Of a stretch of 64,000 nucleotides of DNA, positions 1 through 10,111 are shown one piece after another. The stretch's first letter is position 1. Each line of letters starts with the position of its first letter. The notes beneath the pieces were generated by a model. That model saw nothing but the letters and a program-made list of their open reading frames with translations. It did no database searches and had not been told where the DNA came from. The DNA is taken from positions 1,696,001 through 1,760,000 of the forward strand of contig CBDCXL010000002.1 in assembly GCA_965223795.1 (NCBI GenBank). The letters are read 5' to 3'. Position numbers and translations under genes: made by a program. Source of the DNA: Nitrospinales bacterium (lineage in GTDB: Bacteria > Nitrospinota > Nitrospinia > Nitrospinales > VA-1).

Positions 1-91
1 ACGAACAGGATTTTCTTTTTCCCTTTCCGGGAAACGGATTTTTCCTGCATTGCCCCGGTGTTGTTGTTATTCAATGTGTTCATGGTCACCT

Positions 92-2902
92 TTATATGGT
101 TTTATGTTCGCTGCCCGCATTTGCGGCCGTGCTGGCGGCAAGCGGCAGGCGGAAGATGAACGTGCTGCCTTTTCCCTCTTCGGTTTCCAGATCGACCGTT
201 CCATTGTGTTTTTTTACGATGATGGTGTGCACGATGGCCAACCCCTGTCCGGTGCCTTTTCCCACATCCTTTGTTGTGAAGAAAGGATCGAAGATCCGCG
301 CTTTTACTTTTTCTGGGATACCGGTGCCATTGTCCTGAATGCGGATCTCTATTGTCTCTTCCTGTTTCCGGGTTGTGACCCGGATCTCGCCCTTGTTACC
401 GTCTTCCGCTTTTCCGGCCGCTTCGATGGCGTGGGCGGCGTTGACGATCGTGTTTAGAATCACCTGGTTGAAATCGTTGGCAAAGCAGGGAACATCGGGA
501 AGGTCGGGGTCGAAGTCCTGAATGACTTCCGCAACGTATTTCCATTCGTTGCGCGCAATGGTGATCGTGGTCTCGATGCATTTGTTGATGTTTGTGAATT
601 TCTTTTCCTCAGATCCGGGATGAGAGAATTCTTTCATCGCCTTGACGATTCTTGACACACGATCCACTCCTTCCAGGGATTGTTCGATTGCCTTTGGAAT
701 TTCCTCTGTCAGGTAATCCAGGTCGTCGACCTGTGTCTGAATATTGGCCTCCGCGTTTCCGTTTTGTTTTTCGGTCTGCACCCATTCGTCCAACAGCTGG
801 CCCAATTTGATCAGCTCATCGAACGACTCTTGCAGAAACCGGGTGTTGTCTCCGATGAACTGCATGGGTGTGTTGATTTCATGAGCGATTCCCGCTGCCA
901 ACTGGCCGATGGATTCCATTTTCTGCGCGTGGTTCAGCTGGGTCTGCATCAACTTGCGTTCTGAGATGTCTTGGATGAAAGCGTTGAAATGGTAGGAATC
1001 TTTATAGCGCAGAGGAGTGATGGAGGTTTCAACTGGAAATTCATGTCCGTCTTTGTGTTGTGCGGTCAACTCCACGCTGGTGTTCAGGATTTTGCTGGTC
1101 CCGGTTTCGAGAAACTTCTTGATTCCATTAATATGCGCTTCCCGCTCGGCGGCAGGGATGATCAGGTCCGTCAATTTTTGACCGATGGCTTCCGTGCGTG
1201 ACCAGCCGAAGGTTTTTTCCGCCTGAATGTTCCATTCCAGGATCTTCCCTGAAGCATCGATCGAAATGAACGCGTTGTGAGCGGAATTCAGGATCATGCG
1301 GGCCCGCTCCTGACTGGAGCGCAGGGACTTTTCGGCGACCTGGCGTTTGGCGATCTCCGTCTTGAGAGAATTATTGGATTTCAGCAACTCGGAAGTGCGC
1401 TCCTGCACCTTGAATTCCAGATTTTTCTGCGCTGCCCGCAGTTTGACCTCGGCATCCTGTTTTTCCCTGGCTTGGGCCAGCATTCGGTGCAGCGATGTGT
1501 TGAAATCCGAACCGACATCGAATTGCGTAAAGTGAATGTTTCCATTCAAAATTTCCTGGGAGTATTTCGTGAAGCTGTCCAACTCAAGCATAAGATCGTT
1601 GAGGGATTGATTCAGCATCCCAATCTCATCGTTTTGTTCGACAGGCAGGATATTCTGCTTCAGTTTCCCGTTTGCCATTTCCCGCAGCACTGTGGATATG
1701 CTGCGAACGGGAGTGATGATCATTCTGGAGGTGTACAGGGCGACGCCGATCAGCACGAGCAGTGTGAGCAGGACGGAAAGGATCACCGCCAACTGAATGT
1801 TTTGGTAGTTTTTGTCCGCGATTTGAGTGTACCGGGAGACGAGTTCTCCGCTCAGTTCATTCAATGAATTGGAATGTACCAGAACGTCTTCCTGTGCCTG
1901 TCGATAAACGGTGGAATCGATATTGCGGTTCGATATGATTTCCACTGCTTTTTTCAATGAACTCAGTTGTCTGTCTATTTCTACCAATTTGTTTTGAAAT
2001 GCTAGATCGCTGACAGCGGAAATTTCCAATTGTTTCTTGTCGTCTACATGGTTTGGAATGCTCCCGCCAGCTTTTACAACGGAAAGGATTTCTTCGAATG
2101 TTTTCAACGCAGAATGGTATTCATCCAGATTGGCTTCGAGTTCGGCACGGCCCACGGCGATGTTGTCTGAATACAGGATTTCATATTTGCGGATTCCTAA
2201 AATGTCTCCAATCCGGACGCTGTTGTTAAATGCGGAATGACAGGTCACGCAGGCCTTGGTGGTGGCTTTGTCCGGGGAATAAAGGGTGAGATACAGATTT
2301 TCGTTTTTTTGAGTCACTTTTGTGAACACAGTGTTCGGCGATTTTTTTAAAAAGGCATTTGCTTGCCGGTCCATGTCGGATTTTAAATTTTGCCGCGGAT
2401 TCACTGGAATTTCGGCGAGAATTTCCACAGAAAAGTCATGTTCCTCATCCAATTTCTCATTCACCATGCGTGTGAACGTGGCGGGAAAAGGTATGGTGGG
2501 ATGCGAAACGGACTCGGGTGTCATGCTGATCTCAAGACGCGATTTTTTTGCGGGAACGATCACGGACCGTGTGTAGATTTCCCGCATCTGAGTGATGTAT
2601 TCATCCAGACTCAGGATCTGTTGTTCGATTGTTTTTTTGCGATTTTTGGCCATGCTTTGACCGACCACGGACTTGACCATCTGCTGGCTGAGCATACGCT
2701 GCCTGCCCAGGGCATCGGTGATGGCGGCGTCTTTTTTGGCCATGTTGATGAAAAACAGGACCGCACCTCCTGATGTGGAGATGACCAGAAAGAGAACCGC
2801 AAAAATTGCGTGTGTTTTGTCCTGAATCGATACGTTTGCGTTTTTCAAGGTCGCTGCCACTCCCCTTGAGTTTGCGTCCCGGAGCAATCGTTCCCGCATC
2901 AC
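92..2902 (-). CDS. Membrane sensor histidine kinase (PilJ/NarX-like periplasmic region with DUF3365-like heme-c insert, HAMP, PAS, HisKA, HATPase)
   Basis: Two TM segments; GRQRMLSQQM; CVTCH; HAMP (NDEIGMLNQS); PAS (WNIQAEKTFGWS...HKDGHEFPVE); H-box AHEINTP; DNGTGI, FDPFFTTK, GTGQGL. Exact start uncertain. Confidence 0.9.
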   Translation of the reverse strand: MMRERLLRDANSRGVAATLKNANVSIQDKTHAIFAVLFLVISTSGGAVLFFINMAKKDAAITDALGRQRMLSQQMVKSVVGQSMAKNRKKTIEQQILSLDEYITQMREIYTRSVIVPAKKSRLEISMTPESVSHPTIPFPATFTRMVNEKLDEEHDFSVEILAEIPVNPRQNLKSDMDRQANAFLKKSPNTVFTKVTQKNENLYLTLYSPDKATTKACVTCHSAFNNSVRIGDILGIRKYEILYSDNIAVGRAELEANLDEYHSALKTFEEILSVVKAGGSIPNHVDDKKQLEISAVSDLAFQNKLVEIDRQLSSLKKAVEIISNRNIDSTVYRQAQEDVLVHSNSLNELSGELVSRYTQIADKNYQNIQLAVILSVLLTLLVLIGVALYTSRMIITPVRSISTVLREMANGKLKQNILPVEQNDEIGMLNQSLNDLMLELDSFTKYSQEILNGNIHFTQFDVGSDFNTSLHRMLAQAREKQDAEVKLRAAQKNLEFKVQERTSELLKSNNSLKTEIAKRQVAEKSLRSSQERARMILNSAHNAFISIDASGKILEWNIQAEKTFGWSRTEAIGQKLTDLIIPAAEREAHINGIKKFLETGTSKILNTSVELTAQHKDGHEFPVETSITPLRYKDSYHFNAFIQDISERKLMQTQLNHAQKMESIGQLAAGIAHEINTPMQFIGDNTRFLQESFDELIKLGQLLDEWVQTEKQNGNAEANIQTQVDDLDYLTEEIPKAIEQSLEGVDRVSRIVKAMKEFSHPGSEEKKFTNINKCIETTITIARNEWKYVAEVIQDFDPDLPDVPCFANDFNQVILNTIVNAAHAIEAAGKAEDGNKGEIRVTTRKQEETIEIRIQDNGTGIPEKVKARIFDPFFTTKDVGKGTGQGLAIVHTIIVKKHNGTVDLETEEGKGSTFIFRLPLAASTAANAGSEHKTI

Positions 2903-3358
2903 CTCAATGTCCTGCCCAGGGCCGAGGCGGTTCGGAAATCTTATTTGGAATTTTACGGAAAATGTAAATATGTTAATAGTTTACCGGCATGGATCTTCTT
3001 TATCAATGGCTTAATTGGTCTTTGGCAGCGGCTGCAAACTGAAAGGCCGTTTGAAGGGCAAACGCGCGGCGATTCGAGGTTTTTGAGGCAAGGCCGGGCC
3101 ATAAATGGCGTAATATCAATGTATTGTTGGATAGCCAGAAGCTCTCTGGAAGGACCCGGCTTTTTGGGGGGTTTTCTCTTTCTTTGAGGGGGGGTTGTGT
3201 GCTAGATTAAGCGACTTTCCGGTTTAATTCAGAATTTGACTTCCTTTAGACTGCTGGCGCCAAGACCTGGATCATAAAATGGACAATGTCTTTTGTTGCT
3301 TATGATTTCATCCCTCCTCCGGATCGGATAATTTTAGACTCCCTCGATTTTTTTTGGA

Positions 3359-4609
3359 ATGAACGACCAGGTGAACCCTGAACAGCGTGTTGTCATTACA
3401 GGGATTGGGCTCACCGCCCCCAACGGCAACAACCTGTTGGAATTCAGAGCAAGCCTGTTGCAGGGAAAATCCGGAGTGCGGCGGTTCGAAACCCGGTTCA
3501 TGGGAGAGGTTCTTGCGGGAGTTTGCGATTTTGACGAGCTGAAATACCAGAGAAAAAAAGAATTGCGCCGCGGCACGCGGGCGGGTTCGGTTTCGATCTA
3601 CTGCGCGCAAGAGGCGGTTGCGGACGCGGGCCTCGATCTTGCTGACATCGACCGCTCGCGGGTGGGGGTTTACCTCGGGGTCACCGAGCACGGCAACGTG
3701 GAGACCGAGAACGAGGTCCACAACATCAGCCAGTACGATTACGACGTCAAGTTCTGGTCGCACCACCACAACCCAAGGACCGTGGCCAACAACCCCGCCG
3801 GGGAAGTGACCCTGAACATGAAGATCACCGGTCCGCATTACACGATCGGTGCGGCGTGCGCGGCGGGGAACATGGGAGTCATTCAAGGGGTCCAGATGCT
3901 CAGGCTGGGCGAGGTGGACCTGGCGCTTGCGGGCGGCATTTCCGAAAGCATCCATACTTTCGGGATCTTCGCCAGTTTCAACAGCGAAGGGGCGCTGGCA
4001 AGCCACGACGATCCGGTGAAAGCGAGCCGTCCTTTCGATCTTGACCGCAACGGCATCGTGTGTTCGGAGGGAGGCTGCATCTACACACTGGAACGGCTGA
4101 CGGACGCTCAATCGCGCGGGGCGAAAATCTACGGAGAGATCGTGGGCTATGCCATCAATTCCGACGCGCACGATTTCATCCTGCCGGAACCGGTTCGGCA
4201 GGCCGAATGCATGCGGCTGGCGCTGAAAAACGCCGGGTTGCAAGCCGGGGACATGGACATCCTGAATTCCCACGCCACCGCGACGAAGCTTGGGGACATC
4301 CAGGAATGCAAAGCGATCCGCGACGTGTTCGGGGAGGAAAAAGACGTCTGGATCAACAACACGAAAAGTTTTATCGGACACACGATGGGAGCCGCCGGCA
4401 CCCTGGAACTGTCGGGGAACCTCCCGGCCTTTGAGGACAGTCTGGTGCACCCCACCATCAATCTGGACACGCCGGACCCGGATTGCGCGCTGGACAATCT
4501 GGTGACCGGGGAGCCGAAAAAGCTGGAGCGGGTGGATCATATCATGAACAACTCGTTTGGAATGTTCGGCATCAATTCGGTGCTCATCGTGAAACGGTTT
4601 GACCCTTAG
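3359..4609 (+). CDS. fabF: Beta-ketoacyl-ACP synthase (FabF/FabB family)
   Basis: RVVITGIG; catalytic AACAAG; SRPFD; NSHATAT and KSFIGHTMGAAG (Cys-His-His); NSFGMFGIN. Confidence 0.92.
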   Translation: MNDQVNPEQRVVITGIGLTAPNGNNLLEFRASLLQGKSGVRRFETRFMGEVLAGVCDFDELKYQRKKELRRGTRAGSVSIYCAQEAVADAGLDLADIDRSRVGVYLGVTEHGNVETENEVHNISQYDYDVKFWSHHHNPRTVANNPAGEVTLNMKITGPHYTIGAACAAGNMGVIQGVQMLRLGEVDLALAGGISESIHTFGIFASFNSEGALASHDDPVKASRPFDLDRNGIVCSEGGCIYTLERLTDAQSRGAKIYGEIVGYAINSDAHDFILPEPVRQAECMRLALKNAGLQAGDMDILNSHATATKLGDIQECKAIRDVFGEEKDVWINNTKSFIGHTMGAAGTLELSGNLPAFEDSLVHPTINLDTPDPDCALDNLVTGEPKKLERVDHIMNNSFGMFGINSVLIVKRFDP

Positions 4610-4616
4610 TTTGGTG

Positions 4617-4645
4617 TTGAAATTTGTGTACATTTTACATAGAAT
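4617..4645 (+). promoter_or_regulatory. Putative sigma70 promoter for acp
   Basis: TTGAAA-17 nt-TAGAAT, followed by AGGAGG SD and the ACP ATG. Confidence 0.55.
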
Positions 4646-4666
4646 CAAAATCTTAGGAGGAAACTG

Positions 4667-4930
4667 ATGACCGGAGAAGAAGTCAGAAGGGCCATCGTCG
4701 ACATACTTGCCGATATCGCTCCTGATGAGGATGTGAGTTCGATCAGCGATGACGTGAAACTCAGGGATCAGATGGATCTGGATTCCATGGACTTTCTCGA
4801 TATCGTGATGGAGCTTCGCAAACGTTTCAATATTGAGGTGCCTGAAAAGGATTACGAACAGCTTGCGACCATGACGAGCTGCATCACCTACCTGCAGCCT
4901 CTTTTGAAGGACCGGCAATTAGCAGGGTAG
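4667..4930 (+). CDS. acpP: Acyl carrier protein
   Basis: 87 aa, acidic; DLDSMD phosphopantetheine motif; strong SD AGGAGG. Confidence 0.92.
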   Translation: MTGEEVRRAIVDILADIAPDEDVSSISDDVKLRDQMDLDSMDFLDIVMELRKRFNIEVPEKDYEQLATMTSCITYLQPLLKDRQLAG

Positions 4931-4981
4931 CTGCCCGCTGTTTTCCCGCCTCTTTTTTGATGTCAACGTCTTCTCAAAGAT

Positions 4982-5019
4982 AAACCCCCCGTGCGTCACG
5001 CGGAAGGGGTTTGTTTTTT
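4982..5019 (+). terminator. Putative intrinsic terminator after acp
   Basis: AAACCCC-CCGTG...CGCGG-AAGGGGTTT hairpin followed by GTTTTTT. Confidence 0.6.
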
Positions 5020-5175
5020 GGGAAGCTCCCCGCTGTTTTCCAGACACGTTCTTCTTTCAATCTCATCCCCGCAAGCTGGGTATTCAAGTATACTTGCGCA
5101 TAAACTATGACCTAATGGCCCGCCCGCAAATGGCGGCAATATGTTAAAGCGGGCGACCCCTCTCTATTCATTGGT

Positions 5176-6567
5176 ATGGTGTACGACGCATTGATCATCG
5201 GCTCGGGGCTTTCCGGTCTGGCCGCGGGAATCCGGCTTGCGCTTTTCAACAAAAAGGTGTGCATCGTTGAAAAGCATACGGTGGTGGGGGGATTGAACTC
5301 CTTCTACACGCGCAAGCACCGCACGTTCGATGTCGGGCTGCACGCCATGACCAATTTCACCGAAAAGGGTGTGCGCAGTTCTCCGCTCGGAAAACTGCTC
5401 AAGCAGCTCAGGCTCCGGCATGAAGAACTGCGGCTGTGTCCGCAGCATATGTCCGAGATCCGCTTTCCGGAAAAATCCCTCCGCTTCACCAACGAGTTTG
5501 ATTTTTTAAAGCAGGAAGTCGCCGAGACATTTCCGGACCAGATGGACGGCTTTATCAGGCTGGTCGAAACCATCCGGTCTTTCGATGAAATTTCCCTCGA
5601 CGGCGACACCCGCACTTCCGCCCTTTCCGTATTGCAGGAATGTCTGTCGGACCCGCTGCTCATCGACATGCTTTGCTGTCCGCTCATGTATTACGGCAAC
5701 GCGCGGGAAGGGGACATGGATTTTTACCAGTTCGTGATCCTGTTCAAAAGCATCTTCATGGAGGGGTTCGCCAAACCGGAAGGCGGCATGCACTTCGTTT
5801 TGAATCTGCTGGTGGAAAAATACCGCAGCCTGGGAGGGGAATTGCAAATGGGCGCGGAGGTCGAATCCATCGAGGTGGACCGGGACTGCGCGCGTGCAGT
5901 GCATCTTGCGGGCGGTGGTTCGATTCGTGCGAAGACCGTGCTATCGTCGATGGGATATGTGGAGACCCTGCGCAAATGTCATCCGGATGTGGCAGACCCA
6001 GACGACCTTGAACCGGGACAGGTTTCGTTCATGGAATCGCTGTTCGTGCTCGATCAACAGGACCCCAAAACTCTGGGATACGACAAGAGCATCGTGTTCT
6101 TCTGCACGGCCCCGCGGTTTCAATACCGTGTTCCGAAGACAATCATCGACGTGACGAGCGGCGTCCTGTGCTGCCCCAATCATTTCCACTATCCTGAACC
6201 TTTGCCCGAGGGAATGCTGCGGCTGACCAATCTGGCGAGTTTCAAACTGTGGGATGAACTCAAGCGGCGGGATTACATCCAGGCGAAGAAGGACTGGCGC
6301 GAAAAAGCACTGCAGCAGGTGTTTACATTTTTCCCCGATTTTCGCGATTCTGTGGTATTTTTAGACTCGTTTACGCCCAAAACCATCTATAAATACACGG
6401 GGCATTTGAATGGGGCGGTATACGGTTCACCGCGCAAGTCGAAAAACGGTGAAACGCCGGTGAAAAACCTGTTCATCTGCGGTACGGACCAGGGGTTTTT
6501 GGGCATTGTCGGGGCGACATTGAGCGGCATCTCCATGGCCAATCTGCACGTTCTGCAAAAATCCTGA
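5176..6567 (+). CDS. FAD-dependent oxidoreductase, phytoene desaturase (CrtI/COG1233) family, copy 1
   Basis: [13 protein letters not shown]...VEKH..VGG Rossmann motif; [29 protein letters not shown]-terminal FAD motif. Confidence 0.85.
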   Translation: MVYDALIIGSGLSGLAAGIRLALFNKKVCIVEKHTVVGGLNSFYTRKHRTFDVGLHAMTNFTEKGVRSSPLGKLLKQLRLRHEELRLCPQHMSEIRFPEKSLRFTNEFDFLKQEVAETFPDQMDGFIRLVETIRSFDEISLDGDTRTSALSVLQECLSDPLLIDMLCCPLMYYGNAREGDMDFYQFVILFKSIFMEGFAKPEGGMHFVLNLLVEKYRSLGGELQMGAEVESIEVDRDCARAVHLAGGGSIRAKTVLSSMGYVETLRKCHPDVADPDDLEPGQVSFMESLFVLDQQDPKTLGYDKSIVFFCTAPRFQYRVPKTIIDVTSGVLCCPNHFHYPEPLPEGMLRLTNLASFKLWDELKRRDYIQAKKDWREKALQQVFTFFPDFRDSVVFLDSFTPKTIYKYTGHLNGAVYGSPRKSKNGETPVKNLFICGTDQGFLGIVGATLSGISMANLHVLQKS

Positions 6568-6593
6568 ACCTGATCCTCGGGGAATTCGCAAAT

Positions 6594-8042
6594 ATGGCAC
6601 GCGACTGGTTGAAGGGAGCGAAGTCCAAGTACGACACGGTTGTGATCGGCAGCGGCCTGGCCGGAATGACCTCCGCCAATCTGTTGTCCCGGCTGGGGCA
6701 TTCGGTGCTTTTGGCGGAACATCATTACAACCTGGGTGGTCTGGCCACCTGGTTCAAGCGCAAGGGCGGCCACATCCTGGACATCTCGCTGCACGGTTTC
6801 CCATGCGGGATGATCAAAACCTTTCGCAAATACTGGACGCGGGAACTGGCCGATTCGGTGATCCGTCTCAAAGGCATCCGCTTCGACAATCCCCAGTTTT
6901 CCATGGACACCTCGTTCGACAAGGTGGATTTCACCCGCCTTCTGCGTGAGCGGTTCGGGATCATGAAAGAAGTGATCGACGAATTTTTCACCACCGTGCG
7001 CGGCATGAATTTTTACGACGACATCGTCATGACCACGCGGGATCTGTTCGAAACGTTTTTCCCCGGCCGCAAGGATGTGTGGCGTTTTCTGATGGAGCCC
7101 ATCACCTACGCCAACGGCTCCACCCTCGACGACCCGGCGATCACCTACGGCATCGTGTTTTCCAATTTCATGGACAAGGGCGTCTTCACCTACCAGGGGG
7201 GGACGGACAACCTGATCAAGAAAATGAAAAAGGAAATGCTGAAAAACGGCGTCGACATCCGCACCCATTGCCTGGTGGAGAAGGTACATGTGGAAGGCAA
7301 AACGGTGCGGGGGGTGCGCATCAACGGCCGGGACATCGCCTGCAACTCGGTGCTTTCCAACTCGAACATCCTCAACACCGTGCACAAGCTGGTGGGAGAC
7401 GACAATTTCAGCCCGGAATTCATCAAAGAGGTCGATGCGGTGCGGCTGAACAATTCCAGCTGCCAGGTCTACATCGGCATCCGCAAAGGCGAGTCGATCG
7501 ATTATGTGGGCGATCTGCTGTTCACCTCCGTCGCGGACGAGTACGACACCGAGAAAATCCTGAGCAAGGATGTGACGAGCCGGACGTTTTCCTTTTATTA
7601 CCCGACCATCCGTCCCGGAACCGACCGCTATTCCATCGTTTCCTCGACCAATGCGCATTACCAGGATTGGGCGGACCTTTCGGATGAAGAATACGAAAAG
7701 GAGAAAAACCACCTGATCGAAACCACACTGGACGCACTCGAGAAGTACGTGCCGGATATCCGCAAAAAGGTCGATCATCTGGAAGCGGCCACGCCCCGCA
7801 CCTTCAAGCGTTACACGCTGCATCCTTCCGGCACGTCCTTCGGGACCAAATTCGAAGGACTGCAAATCAGCCGGGACCTTCCCAATCAGATCTCCGGGCT
7901 CTTTCATTCCGGGTCCGTGGGGATCATCATGTCCGGCTGGCTCGGAGCGGCCAATTACGGCGTCATCGTCGCCAACGAGGTCGACAAGTTCGTCCGGTCC
8001 GTCAAGTCCAAAGGCCGGCTGGTTCCCGCATCCGTCGGCTGA
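6594..8042 (+). CDS. FAD-dependent oxidoreductase, phytoene desaturase (CrtI/COG1233) family, copy 2
   Basis: [13 protein letters not shown]...[31 protein letters not shown]. Confidence 0.85.
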   Translation: MARDWLKGAKSKYDTVVIGSGLAGMTSANLLSRLGHSVLLAEHHYNLGGLATWFKRKGGHILDISLHGFPCGMIKTFRKYWTRELADSVIRLKGIRFDNPQFSMDTSFDKVDFTRLLRERFGIMKEVIDEFFTTVRGMNFYDDIVMTTRDLFETFFPGRKDVWRFLMEPITYANGSTLDDPAITYGIVFSNFMDKGVFTYQGGTDNLIKKMKKEMLKNGVDIRTHCLVEKVHVEGKTVRGVRINGRDIACNSVLSNSNILNTVHKLVGDDNFSPEFIKEVDAVRLNNSSCQVYIGIRKGESIDYVGDLLFTSVADEYDTEKILSKDVTSRTFSFYYPTIRPGTDRYSIVSSTNAHYQDWADLSDEEYEKEKNHLIETTLDALEKYVPDIRKKVDHLEAATPRTFKRYTLHPSGTSFGTKFEGLQISRDLPNQISGLFHSGSVGIIMSGWLGAANYGVIVANEVDKFVRSVKSKGRLVPASVG

Positions 8043-8102
8043 TCCCTTTTTTTCAAAATGAACACGAGTGGTTCGAATCTCCGGGTGCGGTGATGTTTTC
8101 AT

Positions 8103-8846
8103 ATGCAATGGGATTTTAAAGACCAGAGGATCATCGTCACCGGGGGCACGCGCGGAATCGGCAGGGGGGTTTCCGAGGCGTTCCTGAGCGCAGGCGCATC
8201 GGTGATCGCCACCTACCGCAGCAACGAATCCGCAGCAAATCAATTCAAGCAAGCGCTGTCGCAGCACGGCGATCGTCTGGACGTGCGGCGCTTCGACGTC
8301 GCCCGGCACGACGAGGTGGAAGCGTTTTTTCAGGATGTGGATCGAACGCACGGGCCGTTTCAGGTTCTGGTGCACTGCTCCGGTATTCGCAGTGACGCGG
8401 TGGTGGGGCTGATGAAAGCCGAGGACTGGCAGCGCGTGCTCGACACCAATCTCACCGGGACCTTCAACGCGTGCAAATTCGCGGTGCAGAACCTGATGCG
8501 CCAGCGCTACGGCCGCATCGTCATCGTGACATCGCCCATAGGCCGGTTCGGTTTCGCCGGACAATCCAACTACGCTGCTTCGAAAGCGGGACAGGTGGCG
8601 TTCGCCCGCTCGTTGTCCAAGGAAGTGGCGAGCCGCAAGATCACGGTCAACTGCGTCTCTCCCGGATTCATCGAAACCGATTTCATCGCCGATCTTCCCG
8701 AAGAACAGCGCCAATCCTACCGCGGCCTGGTGCCGCTCAAACGGTTCGGGACCGCCGGGGAAGTGGCGCACTCGGTGCTTTTTCTCGCTTCGAAGGAAGC
8801 GGCCTACATCACGGGCTCAGTGCTGGAAGTGTCGGGGGGGCTTTAG
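8103..8846 (+). CDS. fabG: 3-oxoacyl-ACP reductase (SDR)
   Basis: TGGTRGIG; GQSNYAASK; VNCVSPGFIET; located in a FAS cluster. Confidence 0.88.
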   Translation: MQWDFKDQRIIVTGGTRGIGRGVSEAFLSAGASVIATYRSNESAANQFKQALSQHGDRLDVRRFDVARHDEVEAFFQDVDRTHGPFQVLVHCSGIRSDAVVGLMKAEDWQRVLDTNLTGTFNACKFAVQNLMRQRYGRIVIVTSPIGRFGFAGQSNYAASKAGQVAFARSLSKEVASRKITVNCVSPGFIETDFIADLPEEQRQSYRGLVPLKRFGTAGEVAHSVLFLASKEAAYITGSVLEVSGGL

Positions 8847-8848
8847 CC

Positions 8849-9274
8849 TTGAAGGAATTTTTGCAGTACATCCCGCACCGGGAACCGTTCCTGTTTGTGG
8901 ATGAGCTGATCGAAGCGGCTTCCGACCGCATCCGTACGCGAAAAGCGGTGAAAGCGGAGGAACCTTTTTTCCGGGGGCATTATCCCGGCCGGCCGATCAT
9001 GCCGGGGGTGCTTATTTTAGAATCGGTGTTTCAATCGGGCGCCATCCTCATGGGGAAACGGGTTCAGGGGAAAGAGGAGCGCATGCCGGTGGTGTCGCGC
9101 ATTCAAAATGTCAAATTCAAACGACCGGTCAACCCCGGCGACACGATGGACATCGAGGTTGAGCTCAAGGACGTGGTGGGGGCGGCGCATTATTTTAGCG
9201 GCCGGGTGCGGGTAAACGCAGACACCGTGCTCACGCTTGAGTTCACGGCGATGCTGGTGGAGGAAACGGCATGA
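8849..9274 (+). CDS. fabZ: 3-hydroxyacyl-ACP dehydratase (FabZ family)
   Basis: Probable TTG start just after the fabG stop, in frame with ORF 8471..9274; [28 protein letters not shown]. Confidence 0.9.
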   Translation: MKEFLQYIPHREPFLFVDELIEAASDRIRTRKAVKAEEPFFRGHYPGRPIMPGVLILESVFQSGAILMGKRVQGKEERMPVVSRIQNVKFKRPVNPGDTMDIEVELKDVVGAAHYFSGRVRVNADTVLTLEFTAMLVEETA

Positions 9275-10086
9275 GTTTTCTCGATCTCAAGGGTAAAACG
9301 ATCCTCGTGCTCGGCGTCGCCAATAAAAAAAGCGTTGCTTACAAGATCGGCAAAACACTGCAAGAGGCAGGGGCGAAGGTGTTGTACAGCGTCCGCTCCG
9401 AAGAACGCAAGCGGTCCACCGCGAAACTGCTGGAGGGCTCTCCGGTTTACGTGTGCGATGTGGAGCGCGACGGCGAGATCGAAAGGCTCGGGCGGGAAGT
9501 GGGAAAGGATCACCCCGTGCTGCACGGCATGGTGCATTCCATCGCGTTCGCCAACTACGACGAAGGCGGCAGACCGTTTCACGAATCGCGCCGGGAGGAT
9601 TTTCTGCAATCGGTGGGCATCACCTGTTTTTCACTCATCGCGCTCGCCAACGCCTTCAAGGACCGGTTCGACCCCGCCGCATCGGTGGTGACCGTGTCGA
9701 TTTCCACGACCCGCATGGCGGCCGAGAATTACGGTTTCATGGCGCCGGCTAAGGCGGCGCTCGACTCTTCGCTGTGCTTTCTCGCGAAATCGTTCAGCGC
9801 GTTTTCCAAAGTGCGTTTCAACTCGGTGAACGCGGGGCTGTTGAAAACCTCCGCATCGGCCGGCATCCCCGGCTACATCGACTCCTACCTGTACGCGGAA
9901 CAGCTCACGCTCAGAAAAGAGGCGCTGACCACTCAGGAGGTGGCCAACGCCGCGGTGTTTCTGTTGAGCCCGGCCGCCAGCGGCATCAACGCCCAGGGGC
10001 TGGTGCTGGATGCGGGCATGTCGGTGAATTACTTCGACACCGGCATCGTGAAACGCGCCATGCGGCCCGGTCCGGACAAGCCCTGA
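9271..10086 (+). CDS. fabI: Enoyl-ACP reductase (FabI-like)
   Basis: [18 protein letters not shown]-x6-K (YGFMAPAK); ATGA overlap with fabZ. Confidence 0.85.
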   Translation: MSFLDLKGKTILVLGVANKKSVAYKIGKTLQEAGAKVLYSVRSEERKRSTAKLLEGSPVYVCDVERDGEIERLGREVGKDHPVLHGMVHSIAFANYDEGGRPFHESRREDFLQSVGITCFSLIALANAFKDRFDPAASVVTVSISTTRMAAENYGFMAPAKAALDSSLCFLAKSFSAFSKVRFNSVNAGLLKTSASAGIPGYIDSYLYAEQLTLRKEALTTQEVANAAVFLLSPAASGINAQGLVLDAGMSVNYFDTGIVKRAMRPGPDKP

Positions 10087-10111
10087 GCCGCCGCTTCCCG
10101 TTCCGGGGCGG

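Noticed and set aside
5176..8042. Carotenoid biosynthesis (crtI) assignment
   Set aside because: No crtB/crtE/crtY nearby and the context is fatty-acid synthesis, so only a family-level call is made.
3308..8771. Long antisense ORFs (3308..4918, 6387..8771, and similarly 19621..21789, 45852..47438, 51453..52952, 58939..60402)
   Set aside because: Shadow frames of well-supported genes in GC-rich DNA; no recognisable motifs.
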